The notes under the pieces: model-generated | What the model saw: only the letters and a program-made list of their open reading frames with translations | Database searches by the model: none | Told to the model about the DNA's origin: nothing | DNA from: Planctomycetota bacterium | Lineage (GTDB): Bacteria > Planctomycetota > UBA1135 | Assembly: GCA_027623295.1 (NCBI GenBank) | Contig: JAQBXR010000007.1 | Location: 43,552 to 107,551 of the forward strand | DNA length: 64,000 nucleotides | Direction: 5' to 3' | In this document: positions 24,801-35,045 of the stretch, in pieces | How positions within the stretch are numbered: position 1 is the stretch's first letter | Layout: each line of letters opens with the position of its first letter | Made by a program: the position numbers and the translations under genes

Positions 24801-27229
24801 GTGGCGATGACCCCTTTGGTGACCCCGTAGACATTATTCTCCCTGGCGCAGAAGAGCAGAGTCTCGAACAGGCTGCGAAGGAGATTCTGGCGCTTCCGGC
24901 GGTCAAGAACGAAACTCCACCGCAACTATTGGTGGTGTTTCCGCTGCGCAAATCAGTGCCTTTTCCGGGCCTGATCATGCCGGTGCATGCACAGGATGGC
25001 TATGAAGCCAACATTATGGAGAAGGCACTCGCGCAAGGGAAACGCGTGGGCTTACTGCTCGCTCCCGGCATGACCGAGGAGGGACATGTTGGCAAGGCTA
25101 AGGACTTTGCCATGACCGGTGTAATTGCCGAGGTGCATCGTCGGATTAAACTTCCCGACGGCAACACCAACTACCTGTGCCGCGGCCTACAACGTTTTCA
25201 CGTCGACCGTTTTGTGCGAGTCAAGGAAGTGCCGGTGGCCAAGGTCAGCTATCCAGATGATGTCTACCCTGCGGGCAATGAAACCGAAGCGCTCGCACGC
25301 AATGTGCTGAGTTTGGCGACGAAGGTTGCCGGCCACAACCCAAGCTTGGGCGATGGCTTCAACCTGGCGGCCTTAAATATTGATCCTGCCGGTAACCTTG
25401 CCGACTTTGCAGCGGCGTATTTGCTGAAGGACACCAATATCAAACAAGGCGTATTGGATACCATGAATGTGCGTGATCGTTTGCTGAAGGTCGACGAAGG
25501 TTTGACCCGCGAGTTAGTCACCTTGGAGTTAGGGGACCGTATTCAGAAGGAAATTCACGAACGTATTGAGGAACAGCAGAAGGAGTACTTTCTGCGCGAG
25601 CAGATTCGCATCATTCGGCGTGAGTTGGGGGAGGAGCAGGATCCGGAAGAGCAGGACCGTGCGTTATTCCTTGGCCGCCTGAAGGAAAACGAATACCCCG
25701 AAGAGGTGGAAGCCAAAGTGCGCGATGAAGTGCAGCGCTTAGGCACCATTCCGCAATCTTCGCCCGAGTATTCCATCGTGCGCAACTACTTGGAGTGGTT
25801 GACCGACCTGCCCTGGTGCGTCAGTTCTGATGACCGGATTGACATCGACCGGGCCGAGAAGCTGTTAGAGCGCGACCACTTTGGCTTGAAAGAAGCGAAG
25901 GAACGCATCCTAGAATTTTTGGGTGTGCGCAAAGTCCGGCCCGAACACACCGGTGCAATCTTGTGTTTCGTGGGTCCTCCCGGCGTAGGGAAAACTTCGC
26001 TCGCTATGGCAATCGCAGAATCGATGGGACGCAAGCTGGAACGCATGAGCTTGGGCGGCATGCGCGATGAAGCGGAAATCAAAGGGCATCGTCGCACCTA
26101 CATTGGCGCTATGCCTGGCCGCATGTTGCAAATGATTCGACGCGCGGGAAGTAATAACCCGGTCATCGTCTTGGACGAAATTGACAAATTAGGTAAGGAC
26201 TTTCGCGGGGATCCATCGAGTGCGCTGTTGGAAGTTTTAGATCCAGCGCAGAACCATAATTTTTTGGACCTGTTCATGGACGTACCTTTCGATTTGTCGA
26301 AGGTCATGTTTGTGGCGACGGCCAACAACCTATATGAAATCCCAGGTCCGCTACGTGACCGCATGGAAATCATTGAGTTGCCGGGTTACTTGCGTTCTGA
26401 AAAAGTGAAAATCGCGCAGAAATATTTGTTGCCGCGTCAAATTCGTGAGCATGGTTTAGAGCCAAAGCGAATCAAAATCTCCATGAACACCATGCGTCAG
26501 GTCGTGGACGGTTACACCCGTGAAGCTGGAGTGCGTGGTCTAGAAAAGAAGATTGCTTCTATATGTCGCAAGCGGACTTTGGAAATTGCGCGACGAAAAC
26601 GTCCGCAGGCTGAAATTAAGTCTGAGAAATTGGAAGACTATTTGGGCCCTGCAGCATTCACCGACGATCTTGTGCGTTTACGTCCGGGCGTGGGTGTTGC
26701 GCTTGGTTTGGCCTACACCTCCTACGGGGGCGATGTTCTGGAAATTGAATGCGCTGCATTTAAAGGCAATGGCCGAGTACAGGCCACGGGTCGTTTGGGC
26801 GAGGTCATGACTGAGTCATGCCGCATCGTGCATAGTTTCTTGCGCGATCATCATGCGGAGTATGGACTCGAGGTCGATATGTTCGCCAAGCAAGATTTGC
26901 ACCTGCATTTCCCTGCGGGCGCAGTCCCGAAGGATGGTCCAAGCGCTGGTATTGCCATTGCCTCAGCAATGATTTCGCGTTTGAAGAGTAAGAAGCTCAA
27001 ACCGCGTTTAGCCATGACCGGCGAGATCACTTTAACTGGCGTGGTCATGCCGATTGGCGGCGTGCGCGAAAAGGTTTTGGCTGCGAAACGTCTTGGAGTC
27101 AAAACGGTGTTGTTGCCGGCTGGAAACCAGCGCGATGTAAAACAACTCGAAGAGAGTTGGACGCGCGGTTTGAAAATTGCGTATGTCAGTCACTTCTCAG
27201 AAGTGATCGAGCTCGCCTTCGGAGCTTAG
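24797..27229 (+). CDS. lon: ATP-dependent Lon protease
   Basis: Walker A GPPGVGKTS, Walker B VIVLDEIDK, catalytic PKDGPSAGIA and GGVREKVLAAKR. ATG 24797 forms an ATGA overlap with the transporter stop. The ORF-track start at 24743 is an upstream extension. Confidence 0.92.
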   Translation: MSGDDPFGDPVDIILPGAEEQSLEQAAKEILALPAVKNETPPQLLVVFPLRKSVPFPGLIMPVHAQDGYEANIMEKALAQGKRVGLLLAPGMTEEGHVGKAKDFAMTGVIAEVHRRIKLPDGNTNYLCRGLQRFHVDRFVRVKEVPVAKVSYPDDVYPAGNETEALARNVLSLATKVAGHNPSLGDGFNLAALNIDPAGNLADFAAAYLLKDTNIKQGVLDTMNVRDRLLKVDEGLTRELVTLELGDRIQKEIHERIEEQQKEYFLREQIRIIRRELGEEQDPEEQDRALFLGRLKENEYPEEVEAKVRDEVQRLGTIPQSSPEYSIVRNYLEWLTDLPWCVSSDDRIDIDRAEKLLERDHFGLKEAKERILEFLGVRKVRPEHTGAILCFVGPPGVGKTSLAMAIAESMGRKLERMSLGGMRDEAEIKGHRRTYIGAMPGRMLQMIRRAGSNNPVIVLDEIDKLGKDFRGDPSSALLEVLDPAQNHNFLDLFMDVPFDLSKVMFVATANNLYEIPGPLRDRMEIIELPGYLRSEKVKIAQKYLLPRQIREHGLEPKRIKISMNTMRQVVDGYTREAGVRGLEKKIASICRKRTLEIARRKRPQAEIKSEKLEDYLGPAAFTDDLVRLRPGVGVALGLAYTSYGGDVLEIECAAFKGNGRVQATGRLGEVMTESCRIVHSFLRDHHAEYGLEVDMFAKQDLHLHFPAGAVPKDGPSAGIAIASAMISRLKSKKLKPRLAMTGEITLTGVVMPIGGVREKVLAAKRLGVKTVLLPAGNQRDVKQLEESWTRGLKIAYVSHFSEVIELAFGA

Positions 27230-27248
27230 GTCTGAAGGTAGTCCTGAC

Positions 27249-28478
27249 TTAGCCTTCGTCAAGCATGGCCACTAAACGGCGCACGGCTTCGTCTACAAAA
27301 TCGAAGTCTTCTGCTGCGGCATCGCATTCCACAACTTCAATGCTTGAGGGGAGCGCTTTGCGTAAAGCTTCAAAGAAGAGGGCGTCTTCTTTGGGATTGT
27401 GGAGTGGACCACCTGCGATGGAGTAGCGGCTGGTTCCTTTGAGCGGGAGCATCATTACTGCTTTGCCTTGGGTGGATTGAAGGCGTCGTCCAATCTCGAC
27501 CGCCACATCGCACCACTGGTCGGCCGCAAGCCGCGGCGCAAGAATGATAGGGTTATGGAAGACGTGCTGATGATTCTTATAGGCATCGGGCAACGTGTTT
27601 GCTTCTACCAGCAAGCCAATGTGCTCCGAACCGCCGGGGCAGAGCACTTGAGGTAAGCCCAATCCTCCAGCCACGGTGAGGCGTTCCTCATTGCCCGCGC
27701 GTAATGCGTCAAACAGGGCATCGGAGATCTCACCTAGTGCATAATCAAATACCGCGCCGATGATGCCTTCTTTCATCATCTTCTCCATGGCAGCTCCGCC
27801 GGACCCCACCGCGTGGAAAACGATGACCTCATAACCTGCTGCATGAAACTGTTCGATGGCACGCTGGGCGCCTTCGGTTAAAACCCCAAGATTGGTCATG
27901 CCAATCAAAGGCTTATCACCCTTTGCAAGCCAAGCCTGACCGCTGCTAAGAGCCATTCCATAGGCCGCTCCAGCAGCGTTGGAAAGTAAACGCCGGGTGA
28001 ATGGGTTGAGGCCGAGAAGGTCACTCACGGAAAACATCATGGTGATGTCCTTGATGCCCACAAAGGCGCCCGTGTCGCCCGATGCCATGGTCGACAGCAT
28101 GATCTTCGGCAACCCGTAAGGAAGAGCTTGCATAACCGCACTGCAATTGGAGGTGCCTTGAGTTCCACCGAGGCCAAGCACCGCATGCACTTCCTTCTTT
28201 TGCAGGAGCTCTAAAAGTAAATGCGTAGCTCCGGCAATCATGACCGGCGATGCCGTTTGCCGCGTTGGATTTTGCAGTAGCTCTTCTAAGTTTGTGCCGC
28301 CTGCTTGCGCGACGCTGGCGCGGTCGAAGTCTGCTGCAATGCCGGCCTCCTTCACCACACCCATGTCGATAAGCAGTGCGGACCCACCTAGAGCCTCAAT
28401 CTGTTCGCGTAGAAACCCTGCCTCCTCAGCTTTGGTGTCCAAAGTCGCAAGGATGGCAATGATAGGTTTCTTGTTCAC
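27249..28478 (-). CDS. UPF0261 / Tm-1-like ATP-binding domain protein
   Basis: The N-terminus KPIIAILATLDTKAEEAGFLREQIEALGGSALLIDMG is typical of UPF0261. 409 aa. GTG start 2 nt after the stop of the upstream partner gene. Confidence 0.7.
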   Translation of the reverse strand: MNKKPIIAILATLDTKAEEAGFLREQIEALGGSALLIDMGVVKEAGIAADFDRASVAQAGGTNLEELLQNPTRQTASPVMIAGATHLLLELLQKKEVHAVLGLGGTQGTSNCSAVMQALPYGLPKIMLSTMASGDTGAFVGIKDITMMFSVSDLLGLNPFTRRLLSNAAGAAYGMALSSGQAWLAKGDKPLIGMTNLGVLTEGAQRAIEQFHAAGYEVIVFHAVGSGGAAMEKMMKEGIIGAVFDYALGEISDALFDALRAGNEERLTVAGGLGLPQVLCPGGSEHIGLLVEANTLPDAYKNHQHVFHNPIILAPRLAADQWCDVAVEIGRRLQSTQGKAVMMLPLKGTSRYSIAGGPLHNPKEDALFFEALRKALPSSIEVVECDAAAEDFDFVDEAVRRLVAMLDEG

Positions 28479-28480
28479 GT

Positions 28481-29344
28481 TTACTTTTTGCCGGTGAAGC
28501 GAAGGGATGCGAATTCGGCAGCAGCCGCACTGACCGCACGCTCAATCGGAATGCGCTCGGTGGAGGAGCCAGTCCAAATCCCATGGCCGGAGGTATGGTC
28601 CAGCATGTATTGCCCATCTTCGGGAGTTTCCAATGCGGCACCATGCGCGATGAGAATGACATCGGGTTTAATCTTGCGCACTGCAGCATAAACTTGCTCG
28701 GTGCGTTGCGCGGTTTCCGCAATGACTTCGCCGGAATCAAAACCGGTGCGCCCACCTTTGGTGGTGCCGGCGTGGAAACAGAAGACATCGGGTTGCGCTT
28801 CTTCCATGAGCTGGAGGCTGTCCTCCATATCAAATGCCAAACCAATCCCGACCATGTCCATCTCGCGCGCCAGTTTCAACATTTCAATCTCATGCTGAAA
28901 GGTAATCCCGCTGGAAGTCAGCACCTTATAAATCTGACTGTCCTTATCGATGTAACTGATGGAAGGACTAATGTTCGAGACCGACATCACGCCCATGTCC
29001 TTAACCTTTTGCAAAACCGTACGCATATCCTTCAGTGGGTCATTGGCGTTGAGGCATGCGCAAACAAAGGCATCGCCCTTCATCGCCGGCAGAATGTCTT
29101 GCTCGGTGTAATCTAGAACCTGTTGATTGCTGTCGAGGATTGGCCACATCATCGACATGGTGCCCATGCCGTTGGCGCGCAGGCGCGCACCAGAAAAGGT
29201 GTTAATGCAATCGGCACCTGCTTGTTCGAGAAGCTTGGCGACCAATCCGCTGCCGGCACTCGAAATCAGAATGGGTAGGTGCTGCTCCACTTTTGCATGG
29301 AGCTTTTGGAGGATGGCATCGCGGGTAGTTCTCGGGCTAATCAT
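28481..29344 (-). CDS. PEP-hydrolase-like TIM-barrel protein (Tm-1 C-terminal-domain homolog)
   Basis: AILQKLHAKVEQHLPILISSAGSGLVAKLLEQAGADCINTFSGARLRANG fits my memory of the PF09370-type family. It is adjacent to UPF0261, as in the split form of Tm-1. Confidence 0.65.
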   Translation of the reverse strand: MISPRTTRDAILQKLHAKVEQHLPILISSAGSGLVAKLLEQAGADCINTFSGARLRANGMGTMSMMWPILDSNQQVLDYTEQDILPAMKGDAFVCACLNANDPLKDMRTVLQKVKDMGVMSVSNISPSISYIDKDSQIYKVLTSSGITFQHEIEMLKLAREMDMVGIGLAFDMEDSLQLMEEAQPDVFCFHAGTTKGGRTGFDSGEVIAETAQRTEQVYAAVRKIKPDVILIAHGAALETPEDGQYMLDHTSGHGIWTGSSTERIPIERAVSAAAAEFASLRFTGKK

Positions 29345-29380
29345 GGCTAGGGCAGTAGGTTTCGCGTGGGGGATGCAAGT

Positions 29381-31366
29381 TTAGCGGGGGAATGCAGAAG
29401 CCACGCCGCCATCGACTGGAAGCGAAGCGCCGGTGGTTGGGGTGCGACGGGCGGCAAAAAACAGAACCGCTTGGCCGACATCCGACGCGGTTATTTCTGT
29501 TTGGAGCAGATTGCGTTGATGATAAAAGTTCTCGAGCGCAGCTTCGTCAATGCCACGGGAACGCGCGCGGTCGGGACCGACGGTAGCCCATAATCCGGAA
29601 GGGTTGTCACCGTGGCGGAACACCGCATCGGGGCAAACCATGTTGACGCTTATGTTTTCACAAGCCAGTTCCAAGGCAGCAACCTTGGCTAACTGATGGG
29701 CGCCAGCCTTACTTGCACTGTAAGCGCCAAAAGAAGCGCCTGGAGCCAACACATTTTTCGAGGAGACCAATACGATTGCGCCGCCGCGTGCTTGACGTCG
29801 CAGAATGTCAGCGCCCACTTTCAGAGTGTTCAACACTCCCGTTTGATTGACCGCAACGACGCGTTCCCAATCTTCGCTAGTGAGTTCCTGCAGCGAAGCT
29901 ACATGCGCCACTCCAGCATTTGGAATCAAAATATCCAAACCACCAAAACGTGCGCAAACCTGCTCAATGGCATTTTGCATCGAGGCCTCATCGGTGACAT
30001 CGGCCTTGCAGGTCATAGTGGTACCACCTAAGCGCTGTGCAGCAGCATCGGCGGCTTCTAGATTCCAATCGAGCAAGGCAACTGCAGCACCGGCATCGAG
30101 CAGAACCCGTGCAATGCCTTCGCCGATCGCGCCACCGCCTCCGGTGATGACCGCAACTTGACCCTCCAACTCGGCAGGGCGTTTACCACCCAATTTCGCT
30201 TGCTCTAAGGACCAGTATTCCATGTCGAAGAGGTCCAGTTCATGCAGCCCTTGGTAAGGACTGACGCTAGCCATGGCAGTCTTAGTCAGGATAGTGTGTT
30301 CGGCTAAGTCCGCCGCGATGGCCGCAGCTTTTGCGTTGCCACCTACGCCAATCAGTCCATAACCCGGCACTAATAAAACGCGCGGCATTGGGTCGAGCAT
30401 GACACGTTGGCCACGCGAGGCTTGACCGCGCTCAAAGTAGGCACGGTAATCCTTGGCATAAGCTTCCAAAACGGCGCGCATGGATGCCGCGTCGGTCTGG
30501 TCGATCCAGCACGGAAGGTTCTTGGTGCGTAATGCGTGGTCAGGGGTCAGCGGCGGCGTGAGCAGAATGTCTTTTGCATGGTCATGGTTCAACGCAGCAA
30601 GGATCCACGGTTGCGCGCGGGTTTCCAAAACCAAAGGGCCCGTGCCACCAAGTTCGGCAAGCAGTCCGCGTAGTTCCGCAGTGAAATCCGCTGCGCTTAA
30701 AGTTGGTGCAGCAGAGGCCGCACGACTTGCGTCTAGAGAGGTCTGGTAGTGCGCGGAAGCCAAGGCCACTAAGTCAAAATGGCGCTGCAAGGACTCTTCA
30801 CCGCTGTCACCAAAAGAGAACAAGCCATGATGATGCAAGAGTACACCTTCCACTTCTGGGTTGGCATCGACCGCATCGGCCACCGCCTTTGCCAATGGGA
30901 ACCCAGGCATGATGAATGGCAGATAGGCCACTCGATCACCAAAGATGGAGTTGCAGGTTTCTTCGCCAGCTTCGCAGTTCGAAATGGCAAGGATGGCGTC
31001 GGCATGACTGTGATCAATAAACCGATGTGGCAAAAATGCATGCAACAAGGTTTCCACCGACGGATTCGGCGCACTCGGATTCAAAAGGCATTTGCGCACT
31101 TCGCGGACCATTTCTTCATCGGTCAGCGAATTCAGACCACGCAGTTCCCGCAACCGATTCAAATCTAGTGCGGGTAAGCCTGGAGCTTCGATTGAGCCCA
31201 AATCCCAGCCGGAACCCTTCACCCAGATCACCTCAATGCGTCGCCCGAGTAAATCGGTCACTTCTCCTTTCGCAGAGGTATTGCCGCCACCATGCAAGAC
31301 TAAGCTCGGGTCGGCCCCAAGCAGGCGGGAGGTGCGGACGCGTTCGGCGAGGATGGGATCCATCAT
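29381..31366 (-). CDS. Bifunctional class II aldolase / short-chain dehydrogenase (rhamnulose-1-phosphate aldolase/alcohol dehydrogenase type)
   Basis: The N-terminal aldolase block is LHGGGNTS...VIWVKGSGWD. The C-terminal SDR has VITGGGGAIGEG and YSASKAG (YxxxK). 661 aa. Confidence 0.85.
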   Translation of the reverse strand: MMDPILAERVRTSRLLGADPSLVLHGGGNTSAKGEVTDLLGRRIEVIWVKGSGWDLGSIEAPGLPALDLNRLRELRGLNSLTDEEMVREVRKCLLNPSAPNPSVETLLHAFLPHRFIDHSHADAILAISNCEAGEETCNSIFGDRVAYLPFIMPGFPLAKAVADAVDANPEVEGVLLHHHGLFSFGDSGEESLQRHFDLVALASAHYQTSLDASRAASAAPTLSAADFTAELRGLLAELGGTGPLVLETRAQPWILAALNHDHAKDILLTPPLTPDHALRTKNLPCWIDQTDAASMRAVLEAYAKDYRAYFERGQASRGQRVMLDPMPRVLLVPGYGLIGVGGNAKAAAIAADLAEHTILTKTAMASVSPYQGLHELDLFDMEYWSLEQAKLGGKRPAELEGQVAVITGGGGAIGEGIARVLLDAGAAVALLDWNLEAADAAAQRLGGTTMTCKADVTDEASMQNAIEQVCARFGGLDILIPNAGVAHVASLQELTSEDWERVVAVNQTGVLNTLKVGADILRRQARGGAIVLVSSKNVLAPGASFGAYSASKAGAHQLAKVAALELACENISVNMVCPDAVFRHGDNPSGLWATVGPDRARSRGIDEAALENFYHQRNLLQTEITASDVGQAVLFFAARRTPTTGASLPVDGGVASAFPR

Positions 31367-31407
31367 GGTTTAGTTTAGGGGCTTAGAAGGGAGGTCGGGC
31401 GCCTACT

Positions 31408-32079
31408 TTAGGCCAGGAATTGCAGCACTTGATCAATGCGGGTGACCACAAAATCCGCCAAATGGGTTTCGCTGGTCGGATGACTCGTGCAAGGCACGCA
31501 AACGGTGAAGCAACCCGCCGCTTGGGCTGCGCGCATGCCATTTGCAGAGTCCTCAATCGCAATGCACTTTTCGGGTTCGACACCGAGTGCACGTGCGGCG
31601 GCTTGATAAACATCTGGGTGGGGTTTACCACGGTCGTGGGGGACATCTTCGTGGCCCGAGCATCGAATCGGCAGCCGTTCCGCAAGTCCAGCCGCTTTCA
31701 AGCCCGCAGCGATTTGCCCTCGAGGTGAGGCCGATGCCACCGCCATAGGAATTTTGTGCTCCTCGGCATGCTGCAAAAGGTCGAGAACGCCGGGCAGTGG
31801 CTCTATGCTGGTGGCTTGCAAAATCCGTTCATACTCCTCGGTGCGGCGCGCCATCAAATACGAGATCTCGGCAGGGATCTTGAATTTTTCGCACAGGGCA
31901 TTCCAGTAGGGCAGGTCGGAAAAACCCAGGAACGGCGTGAAATCTTCAGGCGTCAGGAACAAATCCCACTCGGCCAGCACCGACAGAGTGCTTTCATAAT
32001 GAAAGTGCTCGGTGTCAATGAGGGTGCCATCAAGATCGAGCAAAAGACCAGCAACGGGGTGGGGAGGCGATGGAGTCAT
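31408..32079 (-). CDS. HAD-superfamily hydrolase (beta-phosphoglucomutase-like subfamily)
   Basis: LLLDLDGTLIDTE (DxDxT), VASASPRG, GKPHPDVY and IEDSANGMRAAQAAG. Confidence 0.8.
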   Translation of the reverse strand: MTPSPPHPVAGLLLDLDGTLIDTEHFHYESTLSVLAEWDLFLTPEDFTPFLGFSDLPYWNALCEKFKIPAEISYLMARRTEEYERILQATSIEPLPGVLDLLQHAEEHKIPMAVASASPRGQIAAGLKAAGLAERLPIRCSGHEDVPHDRGKPHPDVYQAAARALGVEPEKCIAIEDSANGMRAAQAAGCFTVCVPCTSHPTSETHLADFVVTRIDQVLQFLA

Positions 32080-32091
32080 CTTGCAGCTTTC

Positions 32092-33291
32092 ATGATTGTC
32101 GCTGCGCTTGGTTCCTGTGCAAGTCCAGGCTCACATCCAACCACTGGGGTGGACGACGACACCAATTCCGCCGTGTTACCCCTGCAGTTGGATCTGCCAC
32201 CGCGCTTTGAAGCCTGGCGCAAGCCGCTTTTGCAAGAGTGGGCCACTATGAACCAGCGTTTTCCAGCGGTTGCCGCACGATGGCCTCGAGATTCCGCCTT
32301 GGAGTTGCCAAAGTTTCGAGTGGTGGTTCCGGAGAACTCGGAGGCGGCCTATGCGTTTTATCGCATAGCTGGCTTAGAGGGAGATCCGAGCGTGCCGCGC
32401 ACTTTTCCAGGCTTGGGTTTAGCCGTGGTGCCCCTGCCGCGTAACGATGCCCTGCTCGCCGACTTGTCCCTGCCCATGAAAACCTGGATGCATGGTTTTC
32501 GTCATGAATGTGCGCACCTTCTAAGTCTCGATCGGCCAGGATTGCGTGCGGCCCCAGGCTGGTTTCAGGAAGGGTTTGCCGAACTATGGTGTCCTTCCAA
32601 TGCTGGGGAATCTGGCGCACTTACGGAGTTATCGCAAGCATGGCCATATTGGGGGAATATGCATCTTTGGTGGAGCACTGCAAAGGATGCACCGGTTGAA
32701 GCCCAGTACACCTATTCCGCTGGCTTGGTCGCCATGGCTCTTGCGACCGATGCAGGACCTTCCCCATGGCCAAATTTGCAGCGGGATCAATGGGCTTCCC
32801 ATGCGGAACTCCAGTTTACCGGTCTACGCGGACGCCACGCCGATTGGGATGTCGCAGCCGGGCGCTATCTCCTCGCTACTCGCCCTGGACAGCACGTAGA
32901 TTTAGATTTACCCAAACTTTGGGATGGCCGTCAGCCGTTGCAGCTTCATATGCAGATTGGGCGTAGCCCTGGTAAGTCGGAGGCTGGCTTGGTATTGTTC
33001 GGTTCTGGTGTTAGCGAGACCCGCATAAGGCTCCGCTACGGCCTTGGCGGCGGTTTTGCAGCCTATGTCGAAGAGGGCGAAACCGCAGGATATGAAGCCT
33101 TCGCTTTGCCCAATGAACGAGATCAACTTGGCGTTGCCCGCAACGCGACCTTGCGTATGGATGGAACCCTCCTGCACGTCGAAATGCTAGATTTCGAGCG
33201 CACCTTCGATCTTGAAAAACTCAACCTACAACTGCCCTTACGTATCCGTATGGTGGTTCGCGACGGAGCCTTTTTGCTCCACACAAAATGA
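32092..33291 (+). CDS. Putative lipoprotein with an HExxH zinc-metallopeptidase motif
   Basis: WMHGFRHECAHLL (HExxH). The N-terminus is MIVAALGSC from ATG 32092, or the better signal GRRWSHLAAFMIVAALGSC if GTG 32059 is used. ORF-track residues 31756-32091 are antisense to the HAD gene. ATGA overlap with sppA. Confidence 0.55.
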   Translation: MIVAALGSCASPGSHPTTGVDDDTNSAVLPLQLDLPPRFEAWRKPLLQEWATMNQRFPAVAARWPRDSALELPKFRVVVPENSEAAYAFYRIAGLEGDPSVPRTFPGLGLAVVPLPRNDALLADLSLPMKTWMHGFRHECAHLLSLDRPGLRAAPGWFQEGFAELWCPSNAGESGALTELSQAWPYWGNMHLWWSTAKDAPVEAQYTYSAGLVAMALATDAGPSPWPNLQRDQWASHAELQFTGLRGRHADWDVAAGRYLLATRPGQHVDLDLPKLWDGRQPLQLHMQIGRSPGKSEAGLVLFGSGVSETRIRLRYGLGGGFAAYVEEGETAGYEAFALPNERDQLGVARNATLRMDGTLLHVEMLDFERTFDLEKLNLQLPLRIRMVVRDGAFLLHTK

Positions 33292-35045
33292 ACAACTTCC
33301 TCAAAATGACCCTGGCCAGCGTGATCGGATTGATGCTGGCGATCGGCATCCTGGTCACCATTTTTTCCAGCTATTGGGTGGCGGAACCCGAACTTGGAAT
33401 CCCATCGAGCTGTGTGTTGGTTCTTGATGAAACCTTGCTGACCTCGGAAGCCGGATCGCTTCCTTCTTTAGCGGGTTTAATGACCGAAACGGAACAGGCC
33501 AGTATGGCCTTACGTAAAGTCATCGCGGCCATCCGTGCTGCTGCCACGGATAAGCGCATCCAGGCCATCTTGTTGCTAAATGAGGGGCAGTACCACGGCA
33601 TGACTGCACGTAAGGAATTGCAGAGTGCGCTGATGGAATTCCGCGAAGCCGATAAGCCGATTTATGCCTATGCTTCGGACTACACGCAAAATGGATACTA
33701 CCTATCTTCAGTTGCCGATCCCGTAGTCATGCCGCCACTGGGTATTTTTGACATGAAGGGACTCTCCGCAGAGGTGGAGTATTACGCAACGGCCATGGAA
33801 GCGCTTGGCGTTGAGATGCAAGTCACCCGTGTTGGTAAATACAAATCCGCAGTGGAGCCTTATCTACTAAGCGAATCCAGTGAGGCCAACCGCGAGCAGA
33901 TGATGGCTATCCTCAACGATCTTCAGTCTACTTTCCTGCAAGATGTAGGAGAGGCCCGCGGCTTGAGTGAAGAAACTTTGCAGAGTTTGATTCAAAGCGG
34001 AGGCTTGTTGTCGGCGACGGAGGCCAAGCAAGCAGGCTTAGTGGATCAAATCGCTTACTTCGATCAAATACTTGAAGAACTCCAGGAGTTAGCCGGCCGT
34101 GGGCAAGACGATGAAGCCTTTGCACAAGTCGGTATTTTCCGTTATATGAAGGAAATGGAGGAGTCCGAAGATACGCAAAGCGGACCGGTCATTGCAGTGG
34201 TTTATGCCGAAGGAGAAATCGTAGATGGCTTCACCGAAGATGGCATCGGCGGTGATACCTTGGCCGCTAAACTACGTTCCGTGCGCTTGGATCCGTATTT
34301 TGACGGCGTGGTCCTCCGCGTGAACAGTCCCGGTGGCAGCGCATCGGCAAGCGAAGTCATTCTCCGTGAAATGCAGCTTTTGAAGGAGGCCGACAAGCCT
34401 GTGGTGGTGTCGATGGGGCCGGTTGCTGCGAGTGGCGGCTATTGGATTTCCTGCCAAGCCGATGCCATCTTTGCCCAACCGAATACGATTACCGGTTCGA
34501 TTGGTGTGTTTGGCATGTTCCCCAACATGGAAGGCCTATTGGATGAAGTGGGCGTGAAGGTGGAAGTCTTTAAGACTGGGCCCAATACCGATTTGTTTTC
34601 GTTTTACCATCATAAATCCGATCAACAAATGGCAGTCATGCAAGGCTATGTCGACAACATTTACGATGGCTTCCTTGACCGCGTTGCCGAGGGCCGTGGC
34701 ATGGACCGCGACCAGGTGCATGAAATTGCACAAGGACGTGTTTGGACTGGCACCCGTGCGCTGGATCTTGGACTAGTCGATGAACTCGGCGACTTAGATT
34801 CAGCTATCGAAAAATGCGCCAATCTGCTCGACACCGAAGAATGGCAGTTGGACTTCCTGGAGGAAGAGGCCGAGGGTGTCGACCTTCTGCTCGGAGCGAT
34901 GCTTGCGCCGGAAGATTATCCGGTGGTGGACCTGGGGCTGCCGCAAGAAGCCATGTCTTTGTGGAAAGGCTTACAAACCTTCCGCAGTTATGCGCAACGC
35001 CCGGGCGTTTATGCGCGTTTACCGTTCAACATAAACATTCACTGA
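33288..35045 (+). CDS. sppA: Signal peptide peptidase SppA (67K type, tandem domains)
   Basis: N-terminal TM MTLASVIGLMLAIGILV, VLRVNSPGGSASASE and AASGGYWIS. Confidence 0.85.
   Translation: MNNFLKMTLASVIGLMLAIGILVTIFSSYWVAEPELGIPSSCVLVLDETLLTSEAGSLPSLAGLMTETEQASMALRKVIAAIRAAATDKRIQAILLLNEGQYHGMTARKELQSALMEFREADKPIYAYASDYTQNGYYLSSVADPVVMPPLGIFDMKGLSAEVEYYATAMEALGVEMQVTRVGKYKSAVEPYLLSESSEANREQMMAILNDLQSTFLQDVGEARGLSEETLQSLIQSGGLLSATEAKQAGLVDQIAYFDQILEELQELAGRGQDDEAFAQVGIFRYMKEMEESEDTQSGPVIAVVYAEGEIVDGFTEDGIGGDTLAAKLRSVRLDPYFDGVVLRVNSPGGSASASEVILREMQLLKEADKPVVVSMGPVAASGGYWISCQADAIFAQPNTITGSIGVFGMFPNMEGLLDEVGVKVEVFKTGPNTDLFSFYHHKSDQQMAVMQGYVDNIYDGFLDRVAEGRGMDRDQVHEIAQGRVWTGTRALDLGLVDELGDLDSAIEKCANLLDTEEWQLDFLEEEAEGVDLLLGAMLAPEDYPVVDLGLPQEAMSLWKGLQTFRSYAQRPGVYARLPFNINIH

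Noticed and set aside
31756-32091. N-terminal 112 codons of ORF 31756..33291
   Set aside because: This part is antisense to the HAD hydrolase gene and lacks signal or domain features. A lipoprotein-like N-terminus appears only from 32059/32092.
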